Shown: positions 38,898 through 47,775 of the stretch, one piece after another
Position numbering within the stretch: position 1 is the stretch's first letter
Layout of the letters: the number at the start of each line of letters is the position of its first letter
Assembly (NCBI GenBank): GCA_027492035.1
Contig: JAOZFT010000004.1
Location: forward strand, 192,001 to 256,000
Source: Thermoproteota archaeon
GTDB taxonomy: Archaea > Korarchaeota > JAOZGF01 > JAOZFZ01
DNA: 64,000 nucleotides
Reading direction: 5' to 3'
The notes under the pieces: model-generated
What the model was told of the DNA's origin: nothing
Seen by the model: only the letters and a program-made list of their open reading frames with translations
Database searches by the model: none
Position numbers and translations under genes: made by a program

Positions 38898-39609
38898 GGA
38901 AGAAACCTCCTCTTCCCTCTTTCAAAGGAAGGAGCTTCATTCTTTTAAATGAGTAAAATGAAATGACAACTATAAGCAGAAAATAAGATACTTCCAGGTA
39001 TAAAATGTAAATAAACACGGTGTTGGATGGTTCAACACAGAAAGGTTGAGAAGAAAACCCACTAACGATGTCCATAACTACCCTTATTAAGGGGAGAAGT
39101 GACAAGAGCACTATCTCCTTTATAAAGGGCTTAAGTACCCCCTCTAAAAGAACTAATTTTCCAGAAGAGGAAACAGTTAATCCCGACTCCATGCTTTCCC
39201 TAGAAATAGAGCAATATCTTTTGTATAAAAAGAAAACAAAGTATGGGTGAGAGATATAGAATGAAGAAAAGAAAGAAAGGATTAAAAGGTTTACAGTAAG
39301 CCCCCCTCTAAGCAATGAAGAGTAAAAAAGGAAGGAAGGGACAAAAAAAGAATGGAACAGAATTGTTAAAAAAATAATTTTTCCTCTCTCAATCTTTAAC
39401 AAGAACATACCTGAAAGAAAACTTAACATTAGGGAAAAAAGGAAACCTAACAAAGCTGCAGTTATCTCTAAGCTTTTGCTTGGTAACAATTCAAGTAGGG
39501 GTAAGGATAAACCCCCCTTCCCGCACAACATAACAACTAAATATATAATGCAGGAATACAGCAATAAGGAGAATGGCAAGATATACATGTCACCCTTTAA
39601 GCTAGACAA
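38878..39609 (-). CDS. Divergent ABC permease-like membrane protein
   Basis: Multiple TM helices; ISRESMESGLTVSSS in EAA-loop position; overlaps the ATPase gene. Confidence 0.55.
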   Translation of the reverse strand: MSSLKGDMYILPFSLLLYSCIIYLVVMLCGKGGLSLPLLELLPSKSLEITAALLGFLFSLMLSFLSGMFLLKIERGKIIFLTILFHSFFVPSFLFYSSLLRGGLTVNLLILSFFSSFYISHPYFVFFLYKRYCSISRESMESGLTVSSSGKLVLLEGVLKPFIKEIVLLSLLPLIRVVMDIVSGFSSQPFCVEPSNTVFIYILYLEVSYFLLIVVISFYSFKRMKLLPLKEGRGGFFHGNKIS

Positions 39610-39763
39610 AATAAAACCTCCCTCTAAATGTATCCCAGCTTAACCTTTAGCAGGTAATAATTTAAAGAAAGAGTTATTCTTTTAAAAATTATTTAAAGAA
39701 AGGGATGCCAGTTCTAAAGATGAATTTTTCCCTCTTTAAAAAAATAAGAAAAAGAGGGAGGGT

Positions 39764-40093
39764 CTAAGACGTCCTTTTTAAAGTTATTTCAATTAATGAA
39801 ACGTTCCTTTCTCCTCCCTCCCCACCTGTTAAAGTTTCTGTTCCTATTGTCACATTTGACACTTCTACGGCGTCCTGCAGAAACCTATTTTTTGTTATTT
39901 CTGCTACATCCACTGCTTTGCTTATTGATTTGCCTCTAGCCTTTATAATTACTGAATTTTTCCCTTGGTTAAATTGCAGAACAGTTGCTAATACATAATT
40001 CATAGTTGGTGTGCGCCCGTGTCTTTTAAAAACTATAGATCACGGATTACGCCCAATATAGATTTCTCCAGCTTCTTCACTAGTCACGTGCAT
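39764..40093 (-). CDS. albA: DNA/RNA-binding protein Alba, two exons (40093 or 40087 to 40047; 40010 to 39764)
   Basis: Spliced product MHVTSEEAGEIYIGRKPTMNYVLATVLQFNQG...IKARGKSISKAVDVAE...VSLIEITL; SD GGAGGTG at 40101-40095. Confidence 0.93.
40011..40046 (-). other. 36-nt BHB intron in alba mRNA
   Basis: TTGG-GCGT-AA^T-CCGTG...CACGG-GCGC-AC^A-CCAA canonical helix-bulge-helix-bulge-helix; contains in-frame TGA. Confidence 0.88.
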
Positions 40094-40314
40094 ACACCTC
40101 CATCTTTTTTCCTGTTCCTTTGAATGCTCTGACAATGTTTTGAAATACCTATTTATTCCTTTATAAAGGTTTCCTTTATGTTAAAAAGGTTTTATTTTCT
40201 TTTAAAAGATGAAAGATGTTATTGCCTTACTTTCAAAATGAGCCTTTCTTCAGCAAGAAAGTAGGATATCCCTTTATGGCTTCATTAATAAAAACGTTTT
40301 GGAAGGATCTTTTC

Positions 40315-40605
40315 TTAGGCAGTGACTTGTTCCTTCTTTCTATCTTTTTCTGCCCTTATCTTTATTATACCTCTATGGACAGCACACCTTATACAAACAT
40401 ACTTAGTAACCTTATATCTAGGTACCCTCGACCCTTGCTTTATCAACTCTTTCTTTAACTGGTAATCAATTGGAGAGTACCAGAAAGTAACTTTCTTGAT
40501 CTTGTCAGCAGGCATCCTTCTTCCGCAAAAATCGCAAGTAAGATAGCCTGATCTACCTGTTCCGTGACCTTTAGATCTTCCGCCGCTTTTTCTTTTCTTA
40601 GGCAT
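40315..40605 (-). CDS. rps26e: 30S ribosomal protein eS26
   Basis: MPKKRKSGGRSKG...CDFCGRRMPADK...YVCIRCAVHRGI. Confidence 0.95.
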   Translation of the reverse strand: MPKKRKSGGRSKGHGTGRSGYLTCDFCGRRMPADKIKKVTFWYSPIDYQLKKELIKQGSRVPRYKVTKYVCIRCAVHRGIIKIRAEKDRKKEQVTA

Positions 40606-40620
40606 TTTTTTCCCTCGAAG

Positions 40621-42060
40621 TTAGTAAGATTTACCCAGGAAAATATTAAACTTTGCTTTTTTCCCGCACAGAATACATTTTTTAGATGAGGTTTCTTTTT
40701 GTTTTTCTTCCCAGGGAAAGGGGAACCCAAACACTTTAGCGTTAGTTTTATCTTCTATATCTCTTCCACATTTCTCTTCTCCACACCACCAGGTCTTAAC
40801 TACGAATCCCCTACCAATCTTTTCAACAGCATCTCTCAAATCATGAACTTCAACGATCTTCTCTTGCATCCACTTATCAGCTTTTTCTTTTAATCCCTTT
40901 TGAATCTTATCAAGCAACTCCCTTATTTTTGTAACCAATATGTTTTCCTCAACTCTTACTTTCTGTCTATTATCTCTCCTCACCACCGTTACGCTTTGGT
41001 TGTTCACCTCCTCCATTCCGACTTCAATCCTTAAAGGTATCCCCTTCATTTCCCAAAAGTAAAACTTTGAACCTGGTGTTTCTTCTTCCCTAAAATCTTC
41101 TTTCACCCTGAAGCCTGACTTTAAAAGCTTGTTTTTAATTTTTAGTGAATAACCAAGAACCTTCTCTTTCCCTTCTTTGTAATAAATGGGTATTATCACG
41201 GCATGGTAAGGAGAGATGGAAGGAGGAAGTATTAAGCCGCGTTCATCGGAATGTATAGCAATTACAGCTGCTAAAGGCCGACTAGATATTCCATAACATG
41301 TTTGATAAACATACTCATGTGAACCGTCAGGCTTTAAATACTTAATTTCAAAAACTTTAGAAAAGTTTTGCCCTAAAAAATGTACAGTTCCTATTTGTAG
41401 CCTTTTTCCATTCGGCATAATTGTATCAAAGGCTACTGAGTATTCTGAACCAGCAAATTTATCCCATGCAGGCCTTTTCAAAACAAGGTAAGGTAAAGCT
41501 AACTCATCAAAAATCTTACTATAAACCTGGACAGCTTCCTTTATTTGCTCCTCTGTCTCTTGCCTTGTGGCATGAACAGTGTGAGCTTCTTTAAATGTCG
41601 TAACTTCTCTTACTCGGATAAGAGGACGTGTTGTTTTTGTTTCATACCTAAAAATGTTTACTACCTGGTAATATTTTATTGGTAAATCTTTGTAAGATCT
41701 AATCCATAAAGCATACATTGGGTAAATAGCTGTTTCGCTTGTAGGCCTTAATGCATACTTTATTTTCAATTTATCTTTCCCTCCATGGGTTACCCAGTAC
41801 ACTTCCTCCTCAAAAGCTGTAATATGTTCTGATTCCTTTCTTAGGTTCGTTTCAGGTATTAAAAGTGGGAAAAGAACTTCTTGATGCCCTGTTTCATTTA
41901 AGTATTTACGAATTATTTTTAACATGTTTTCTCGCATAAGGAAACCATAGGGTCTCCAAACCCCCATCCCTTTAATAGGATACCGGTAATCATATATCTC
42001 AGCTGTTTGCAGTATTTCATTAAACCACTCCATAAATTTGCTTTCCTTCTCAATAGCCAA
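40621..42060 (-). CDS. proS: Proline--tRNA ligase (archaeal/eukaryotic type)
   Basis: [38 protein letters not shown]-terminal Zn domain. Confidence 0.96.
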   Translation of the reverse strand: MAIEKESKFMEWFNEILQTAEIYDYRYPIKGMGVWRPYGFLMRENMLKIIRKYLNETGHQEVLFPLLIPETNLRKESEHITAFEEEVYWVTHGGKDKLKIKYALRPTSETAIYPMYALWIRSYKDLPIKYYQVVNIFRYETKTTRPLIRVREVTTFKEAHTVHATRQETEEQIKEAVQVYSKIFDELALPYLVLKRPAWDKFAGSEYSVAFDTIMPNGKRLQIGTVHFLGQNFSKVFEIKYLKPDGSHEYVYQTCYGISSRPLAAVIAIHSDERGLILPPSISPYHAVIIPIYYKEGKEKVLGYSLKIKNKLLKSGFRVKEDFREEETPGSKFYFWEMKGIPLRIEVGMEEVNNQSVTVVRRDNRQKVRVEENILVTKIRELLDKIQKGLKEKADKWMQEKIVEVHDLRDAVEKIGRGFVVKTWWCGEEKCGRDIEDKTNAKVFGFPFPWEEKQKETSSKKCILCGKKAKFNIFLGKSY

Positions 42061-42076
42061 GGCTACCTACCCTCTC

Positions 42077-42229
42077 CTATTCCCTCCCTAAAAGAATTTT
42101 TTCGGAACAAACAGGACAGAAAACTTTTTTTCTTCTCTTCCTGGGGTTAATGTAAAAAACTGAGTTACATTTTGGGCATTTCATTTCTTTTAATTCACCT
42201 TTCGACCTAACTTTTACAGTTATTAACAT
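42077..42229 (-). CDS. Small Zn-ribbon protein
   Basis: CPKC...CPVC; fills the gap between neighbouring co-oriented genes. Confidence 0.6.
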   Translation of the reverse strand: MLITVKVRSKGELKEMKCPKCNSVFYINPRKRRKKVFCPVCSEKILLGRE

Positions 42230-42240
42230 GTTACTTCGCC

Positions 42241-43251
42241 TCAAGAAAGACCTCTTTTTCCAACAATTTTCCACAGTTCATCTTGAACAGGGGAAATCTC
42301 CATCCATCCATTGTTTCGCAGAATTTTTCTTCCTCTTTCTTTTTCTAACACTTCACCTATCACGGAACAAGGTATATTCATCGATAAAAATTCTTCTGTG
42401 ACTGTTTCAATTTTATTTTTAGGAATGGAAGCTATTACTACCCCTGAACTTATTAATTTTAATGGGTCAAGTTTTAGAGCTCGACATATTTCGCGTGTTT
42501 CTTCCAAAACCCTTATTTTATCCTCGTAAACCCTCAAACCAACGTTTGAAGCTTCAGCCATTTCCCACAAACCATTCAGTACTCCGCCTTCAGTGGGGTC
42601 ATGCAATGCATGACTATAATGAACTAGAACCCCTGCTTCCTTTAATACTGAAGTGTACCTTATTAAGTTTTTTGCTTTCTCAACAGTTTGAGGTGAAACC
42701 TTATTCATTAATAATTTGCTGTAGTCTCTTGCTAAAATAGCGGTTCCTTCTATTCCTGCATATTTCGTCATTAGAATGTAATCTCCAGTTTTGCAGTTTG
42801 AGGAAGGGGTTAGTTTGCTTGTTGTGGTAACCCCAACTACAGTAGCTACAATTGTCGGCTGGGTAACTGCAGAGGTTACCTCAGTGTGTCCTCCAATAAC
42901 TTTAACATTTATTTTTTCAGCATTTTCATGTATTTGCCTCATTACTTCACCTATTTCTTCAAGTTTTGAGTTTGGTGGAAACAAAAGAGTTACTAGAAGC
43001 CACTTCGGCACAGCCCCCATTACTGCTACGTCGTTAGCGTTTACATGTACCGCAAGACGACCTAGATCTTGTTTACTACCTGTTATAGGGTCCGTACTTA
43101 ATACTAGTACCTGGTTTTTCTCCTTTATTGCTGAAGCATCTAACCCTATACCTGGTGGTACCATTATCTCTTCTCCTTTTTTTGCAGCGTATTTCAGCAC
43201 TGCTTTCTTTAACTCTTGTGGTGACAGTTTCCCTCTTCTACCTTGTATCAT
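42241..43251 (-). CDS. AIR synthase-related (HypE/ThiL-like) protein
   Basis: STDPITG, NANDVAVMGA, GGHTEVT, HDPTEGG, DPLKLISSG. Confidence 0.88.
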   Translation of the reverse strand: MIQGRRGKLSPQELKKAVLKYAAKKGEEIMVPPGIGLDASAIKEKNQVLVLSTDPITGSKQDLGRLAVHVNANDVAVMGAVPKWLLVTLLFPPNSKLEEIGEVMRQIHENAEKINVKVIGGHTEVTSAVTQPTIVATVVGVTTTSKLTPSSNCKTGDYILMTKYAGIEGTAILARDYSKLLMNKVSPQTVEKAKNLIRYTSVLKEAGVLVHYSHALHDPTEGGVLNGLWEMAEASNVGLRVYEDKIRVLEETREICRALKLDPLKLISSGVVIASIPKNKIETVTEEFLSMNIPCSVIGEVLEKERGRKILRNNGWMEISPVQDELWKIVGKRGLS

Positions 43252-43266
43252 TTTTAATCCTTCACT

Positions 43267-45249
43267 TCATCTTGAAAACTTCTCAACCAAAAAAAGCAAC
43301 AAAATTGTTGCTGTGGCATCATAAAGAAGTATTGAAAGATAGAAAAGTGTAGTATTTACTCTCTCTCTTTTTAACTGTTTCGAGATGTTTTCTGCTAATG
43401 GCGTCTTTGTCGCATTTATTTGAGGTAAATAGATTCTTTTCCCCAAGAATTTTTTTGTTTCAAGCAATACATTACTTAAAATAAGGGATCTTGTTAAGAA
43501 AATAAATGAATTCGTTGCATCCTCACATTTGTTCATAGACAAATAATTCTTGTAATAATTATTGCCGAATTCAAAATAAAGGATGGGTAATAAGGAATTT
43601 ACTCTGTTTTTAAGAGTTAACATGAACCATGCCACTGACTCATCCCTCAAATTCCCTAAGATATTCCGGGCATAGCTTTTATTCAGGCAAAGCGGATAAA
43701 AAATTTCTATTATCAACATGTTTGCATAAACAACTGCGTTCGCAGCTTCAATTAATGCAGTTGAGTACAACTTTTTATTTAGGGCAGTTTCAATTTCTTT
43801 GTTTCTGATGGCAATTTCCTCTCGGACAGAAACAGGCGGTTTTTGCCGTTTATATTCCTGAAGATATTCGTTCAATGTATTCAACGCGTAATCTAGCATC
43901 GTCCTGGCATATTTAACTTTTTGATTTATATATTCCTCCACTCTTTGTGGTTTATTTAATACAGGCAACACATACTTGCCACCTGTTTCGTTTACAAGTT
44001 GGGCAGCGAAATCAGCCCACCAAATAGCTGTCCTAGCCCTTTCTTTCACAAAAACTAATTGCCCAATAGCCTTTCCTATAGATTGGTTCATCAAGTCTAA
44101 TATTGTCGAGTTGTAAATTTCTGCTGCTTCAATTGCCCTCTCAAACGCTGTTGCGGAAGCTTGACCTGGTGTTGTTAGAAACATTTCTAACCCCTTTATC
44201 TTACTTGTTTTTTCCTCGATGTAACTCCACATATAACCAAGGAACTCCTTGTCTTCTTTAACTAGTTCAGAAAGGAATTTATCTTTATTTCCTGCATAGT
44301 AGTAGTTTATTAACATAGATAAGTTTTCAGCATCCAAAATAACTTGAAAGGAGTAACTTAGGGAAGTGTAGTACATACCTTCACATATGAACTGTGAGAT
44401 CTCTTGTATTTTCTTTGAAAGCGCATTTCTTTCCTTTTCAAGTTCCGTTAAATTTATTGGGAATCCATGTAGTTTCCTTTGCAGGTGTTCCAGTTTAAAA
44501 GATAAATTGTTAAATGCTTTTCGAGCCCTTGCTTCCATTTTTTCAGCTTCCTGTTTTAATAGGCATATAGGAATTTGATTCCCTGTTTTCCGGTATAAAA
44601 CAGTAGGTCTATGGATAATGTATCCTGTTAAGTGATAAAAAGCACTCAAAACATTTTTAACTGGGACAATGTCTAAACCTATTTCTTTTGATATTTTCTC
44701 TCCTTCTGCAGAATTAAGGAATGGAATGATAAGTTCTTTGAAACCATGCTCCTCCACTCCCTCAGCTTTATATTTTAGGAAACCGACAGGCCCTATGCTA
44801 CCGTCAGGATTTATACTTCCAGTTATAGCTGCATCATTCCTTATGGGAACTTTAAGTATTGCTGAAATTATTCCCACAGCTAATCCAGCCCCGCCACTTC
44901 CACCTTTTATAGATTCAGCCTTAGCTAAAATATTTATTTCAATGTCATACATGGACATATCTGCTTCCAAAACAAAACCTACAGCTTCTATTGCGGTGTA
45001 AATACTTGCATTCACGCTGGAAAAAATTTTTGATTCACTGTTTACCTTAACTTTACCGATGCCCGGTTTACGGACCTGAATAATAAATTTTGCAATATCT
45101 CCCCTCTTATGTTCCACGTCCACAGAAGGAACTGAAACTTCAACCCAGTAATTCTCACTATAACCTTGCAAATTTGAGAAGTAAAAAAGAGATAACATAA
45201 GGATAAAAAGCAGCAACAAAACTTGTGCTTTCTTTCCTTTGTAAAACAT
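43267..45249 (-). CDS. Exported S16 (Lon-like) serine protease with C-terminal membrane anchor
   Basis: Signal peptide; GGSGGAG and ITGSINPDGSIGPVGFLKYK Ser-Lys dyad region; long helical tail; start at 45249 after AGGTGA. Confidence 0.85.
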   Translation of the reverse strand: MFYKGKKAQVLLLLFILMLSLFYFSNLQGYSENYWVEVSVPSVDVEHKRGDIAKFIIQVRKPGIGKVKVNSESKIFSSVNASIYTAIEAVGFVLEADMSMYDIEINILAKAESIKGGSGGAGLAVGIISAILKVPIRNDAAITGSINPDGSIGPVGFLKYKAEGVEEHGFKELIIPFLNSAEGEKISKEIGLDIVPVKNVLSAFYHLTGYIIHRPTVLYRKTGNQIPICLLKQEAEKMEARARKAFNNLSFKLEHLQRKLHGFPINLTELEKERNALSKKIQEISQFICEGMYYTSLSYSFQVILDAENLSMLINYYYAGNKDKFLSELVKEDKEFLGYMWSYIEEKTSKIKGLEMFLTTPGQASATAFERAIEAAEIYNSTILDLMNQSIGKAIGQLVFVKERARTAIWWADFAAQLVNETGGKYVLPVLNKPQRVEEYINQKVKYARTMLDYALNTLNEYLQEYKRQKPPVSVREEIAIRNKEIETALNKKLYSTALIEAANAVVYANMLIIEIFYPLCLNKSYARNILGNLRDESVAWFMLTLKNRVNSLLPILYFEFGNNYYKNYLSMNKCEDATNSFIFLTRSLILSNVLLETKKFLGKRIYLPQINATKTPLAENISKQLKRERVNTTLFYLSILLYDATATILLLFLVEKFSR

Positions 45250-45428
45250 GGTTTCACCTTTCCTTGCGGTTACGCGTTTTTTCTCTAGATACAAAGAGAA
45301 AATGTACTCTAATTTATTTAAAATAAGTCTAAACAATACCATTATAATTGTTTTTTAAACAGTTTAGGAACGCTACCGGCCTTCCCCTTCAGCTTTTCCA
45401 GACCTGAAAGAGAGGAAAGGTTTTTTAC

Positions 45429-46013
45429 ATGTTAATAGATGAAAAATTCTCTTCAAGAAAGAAAAACATACTTAAACAGCTTAAACATGTAATAAATAAT
45501 CAGGAAACAGATTCTGACATAACCCCTTTATTAACTGAACTGAATAAAAAGGAAGGATACGTAACAACTTCCTCTTGCTCTGGAAGAACGATTCTGATCG
45601 AAATACCTCCTAAAAGCAAGAAAAAAGAGGCAAGAATTATTTGGAAGAAACATACATTAATCACCTTCTCAGAATTAAAGGAAGCAATTACGGGAATCAA
45701 AAGCGAGAAACCAATCTGGTTCATGACACAGCCCGTTATTCTTCATGTCCTTGTTAAAGATTTGGAACATGCCAAAAAAATAATTTTAGCTGCAAGAAAA
45801 GCAGGATTCAAGAAAGTAGGTGTGTTGAGTTTATCAGGGAAAATAGTGGTTCAAATAGAGGGGCATCACTTTATAAGTTTAAAAATAATGGATAAGGGCA
45901 ACTTGCTTGTAACTGACTACTACTTGAAGGATTTAGTGAAAGAAGCTAATAATAAACTCCATGAGATAAAAAGGTTTCTCGAAAGATTAATTGAGGAAAT
46001 TAAAAAGTTATAG
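45429..46013 (+). CDS. taw3: tRNA wyosine methyltransferase Taw3
   Basis: YVTTSSCSGR, ILHV, AGFK. Confidence 0.9.
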   Translation: MLIDEKFSSRKKNILKQLKHVINNQETDSDITPLLTELNKKEGYVTTSSCSGRTILIEIPPKSKKKEARIIWKKHTLITFSELKEAITGIKSEKPIWFMTQPVILHVLVKDLEHAKKIILAARKAGFKKVGVLSLSGKIVVQIEGHHFISLKIMDKGNLLVTDYYLKDLVKEANNKLHEIKRFLERLIEEIKKL

Positions 46014-46032
46014 TGTAAGGTGACTCAGGGTA

Positions 46033-47757
46033 TTGAAAGAAATATTTGACTTAGTCATAGAGAACGCTTCTTTGGTTAACGTCCTTACAAGCGAAATCCA
46101 GGAAAACGTTTCATTAGCTATTAAAAAAGGCATTATACAACACCTATATTTTGGAAATGAATATGGAAAACTAAAAACTAAAAAGACGATTTCAGCTAAG
46201 AGCTCTTTTATAGCACCTGGTTTCATGGACGGCCATATACATATAGAAAGTTCAATGCTCTCACTGGTACGTTTCGCCCAAGTAGCTGTACCCCATGGAA
46301 CAACAGCAGTCTTTATCGACCCTCATGAAATAGCTAATGTTTTAGGTATGGGGGGGATTATGCTTTTCATAAGAGAAAGCCATGCTTTGCCACTAAAAGT
46401 TTTTGTTGAGGCTCCTTCCTGTGTGCCTGCAACTAAAGGATTAGAAACCTCAGGGGCAACTATTTCAGAGAAAGAAATTGAGGATTTACTTGATAGAAAA
46501 GAAATTATCGGGTTAGGAGAGGTTATGGACTTCCTTTCAGTAATTTCAAGGAACCCTGAAATAATGACGAAAATTTCTTCAGCTTTGGAAAGGAATAAAC
46601 CAGTGGAAGGCCATGCTCCAGGATTAATAGGTGAAGAACTTGACAAATACCTCTCCGCAGGGATTCAAAGTGACCATGAATCTACCTCAGGAAAAGAAGC
46701 ATTAGAGAAAATAAGGAAGGGGATGTGGTTAGAAATAAGGGAAGGAACAGTAATGAAGAACCTCCAAGAAATACTTCCGTATTTACTTAAAAAAGGGATT
46801 AGTTTGGAGAGGTGTTTACTGGTTTCAGATGACCGAGATGTAAATGACTTACTGGATAATGGACATTTGGATTACACCTTAAGAAAGGCAGTAAATGAAG
46901 GGTTAGATCCTGTGAAAGCAATAAAAATGGTTACAATAAACACAGCTTCAAGATTTCATCTTGAAAACAAGTTTGGCAGCGTCTCTCCAGGTAAAGTAGC
47001 CGATCTAGTTCTACTTAATGATTTGGAAAATTTCAGGGTTCTTAAAGTCATTGTGAACGGGGAAGTAGTAGCTGAGAATTATCAGTTAAGGAAGGAAGTG
47101 AAGGAAATCTATTACCCAGAATTCGCTTTAAAAACCATAAAAGCACCTGAAATAAAGGAGCAAGACCTGTACCTGAGGAAATCCAGTCTAGGAAAAAGAA
47201 CTAAAATTGTAGCTATACAAGTTAAAGAAGGAGAGGCTTATACTCGTAAATCTGTACAAGAAATAACGCTGGAAAACGGTGTAGCTCAGCCTTCAATTAA
47301 AAATGACGTTTTACCTATAGCTGTAGTTGAAAGGCATCATTACACTGGGAATATAGGCAAAGGGTTTATTAAAGGGTTACATTTGAAAGAAGGAGCATTA
47401 GCCACAAGCATAGGCCATGACGCCCACAACATCACTGTTACAGGTTGTTCATACAAAGAAATGGCTGAAGCAGTTGATGTTCTTAAGAAAATTTCGGGAG
47501 GTCTGGTGGCAGTTGGAAATGGGAAAGTTAAAAGTGTACCTTTACCACTAGCAGGTTTAATGAGTATAAAGGATCCTGTTGAAACAGGTAAAAAAATAGG
47601 TGAGATACTAAACTTTGTCAGGGGTCTAGGTTCTCCGTTGAAGAACCCCTTTACAGTTTTAAGCTTCATACCCCTCTCCGTTATACCCGAAATAAGATTG
47701 ACGGACAAGGGTTTAGTAGATGTGGCTGCCCGTAAAATTGTCAGTCCTTTCCTGTAA
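46033..47757 (+). CDS. ade: Adenine deaminase
   Basis: DGHIHIESS, DPHEIANV, EGHAPG, SDHE, IGHDAHN. Confidence 0.93.
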   Translation: MKEIFDLVIENASLVNVLTSEIQENVSLAIKKGIIQHLYFGNEYGKLKTKKTISAKSSFIAPGFMDGHIHIESSMLSLVRFAQVAVPHGTTAVFIDPHEIANVLGMGGIMLFIRESHALPLKVFVEAPSCVPATKGLETSGATISEKEIEDLLDRKEIIGLGEVMDFLSVISRNPEIMTKISSALERNKPVEGHAPGLIGEELDKYLSAGIQSDHESTSGKEALEKIRKGMWLEIREGTVMKNLQEILPYLLKKGISLERCLLVSDDRDVNDLLDNGHLDYTLRKAVNEGLDPVKAIKMVTINTASRFHLENKFGSVSPGKVADLVLLNDLENFRVLKVIVNGEVVAENYQLRKEVKEIYYPEFALKTIKAPEIKEQDLYLRKSSLGKRTKIVAIQVKEGEAYTRKSVQEITLENGVAQPSIKNDVLPIAVVERHHYTGNIGKGFIKGLHLKEGALATSIGHDAHNITVTGCSYKEMAEAVDVLKKISGGLVAVGNGKVKSVPLPLAGLMSIKDPVETGKKIGEILNFVRGLGSPLKNPFTVLSFIPLSVIPEIRLTDKGLVDVAARKIVSPFL

Positions 47758-47775
47758 AAGCAGCATCTTTACAAG

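Noticed and set aside
40040-40042. In-frame TGA in alba read as selenocysteine or readthrough
   Set aside because: Readthrough would insert 12 residues into the conserved G-x-K-P motif, whereas BHB excision restores the motif exactly
40011-40046. Alba intron derived from tRNA-Leu intron 2 (shared GATCT...TTTAAA..GA)
   Set aside because: The match is short and AT-rich, so it is not distinguishable from chance
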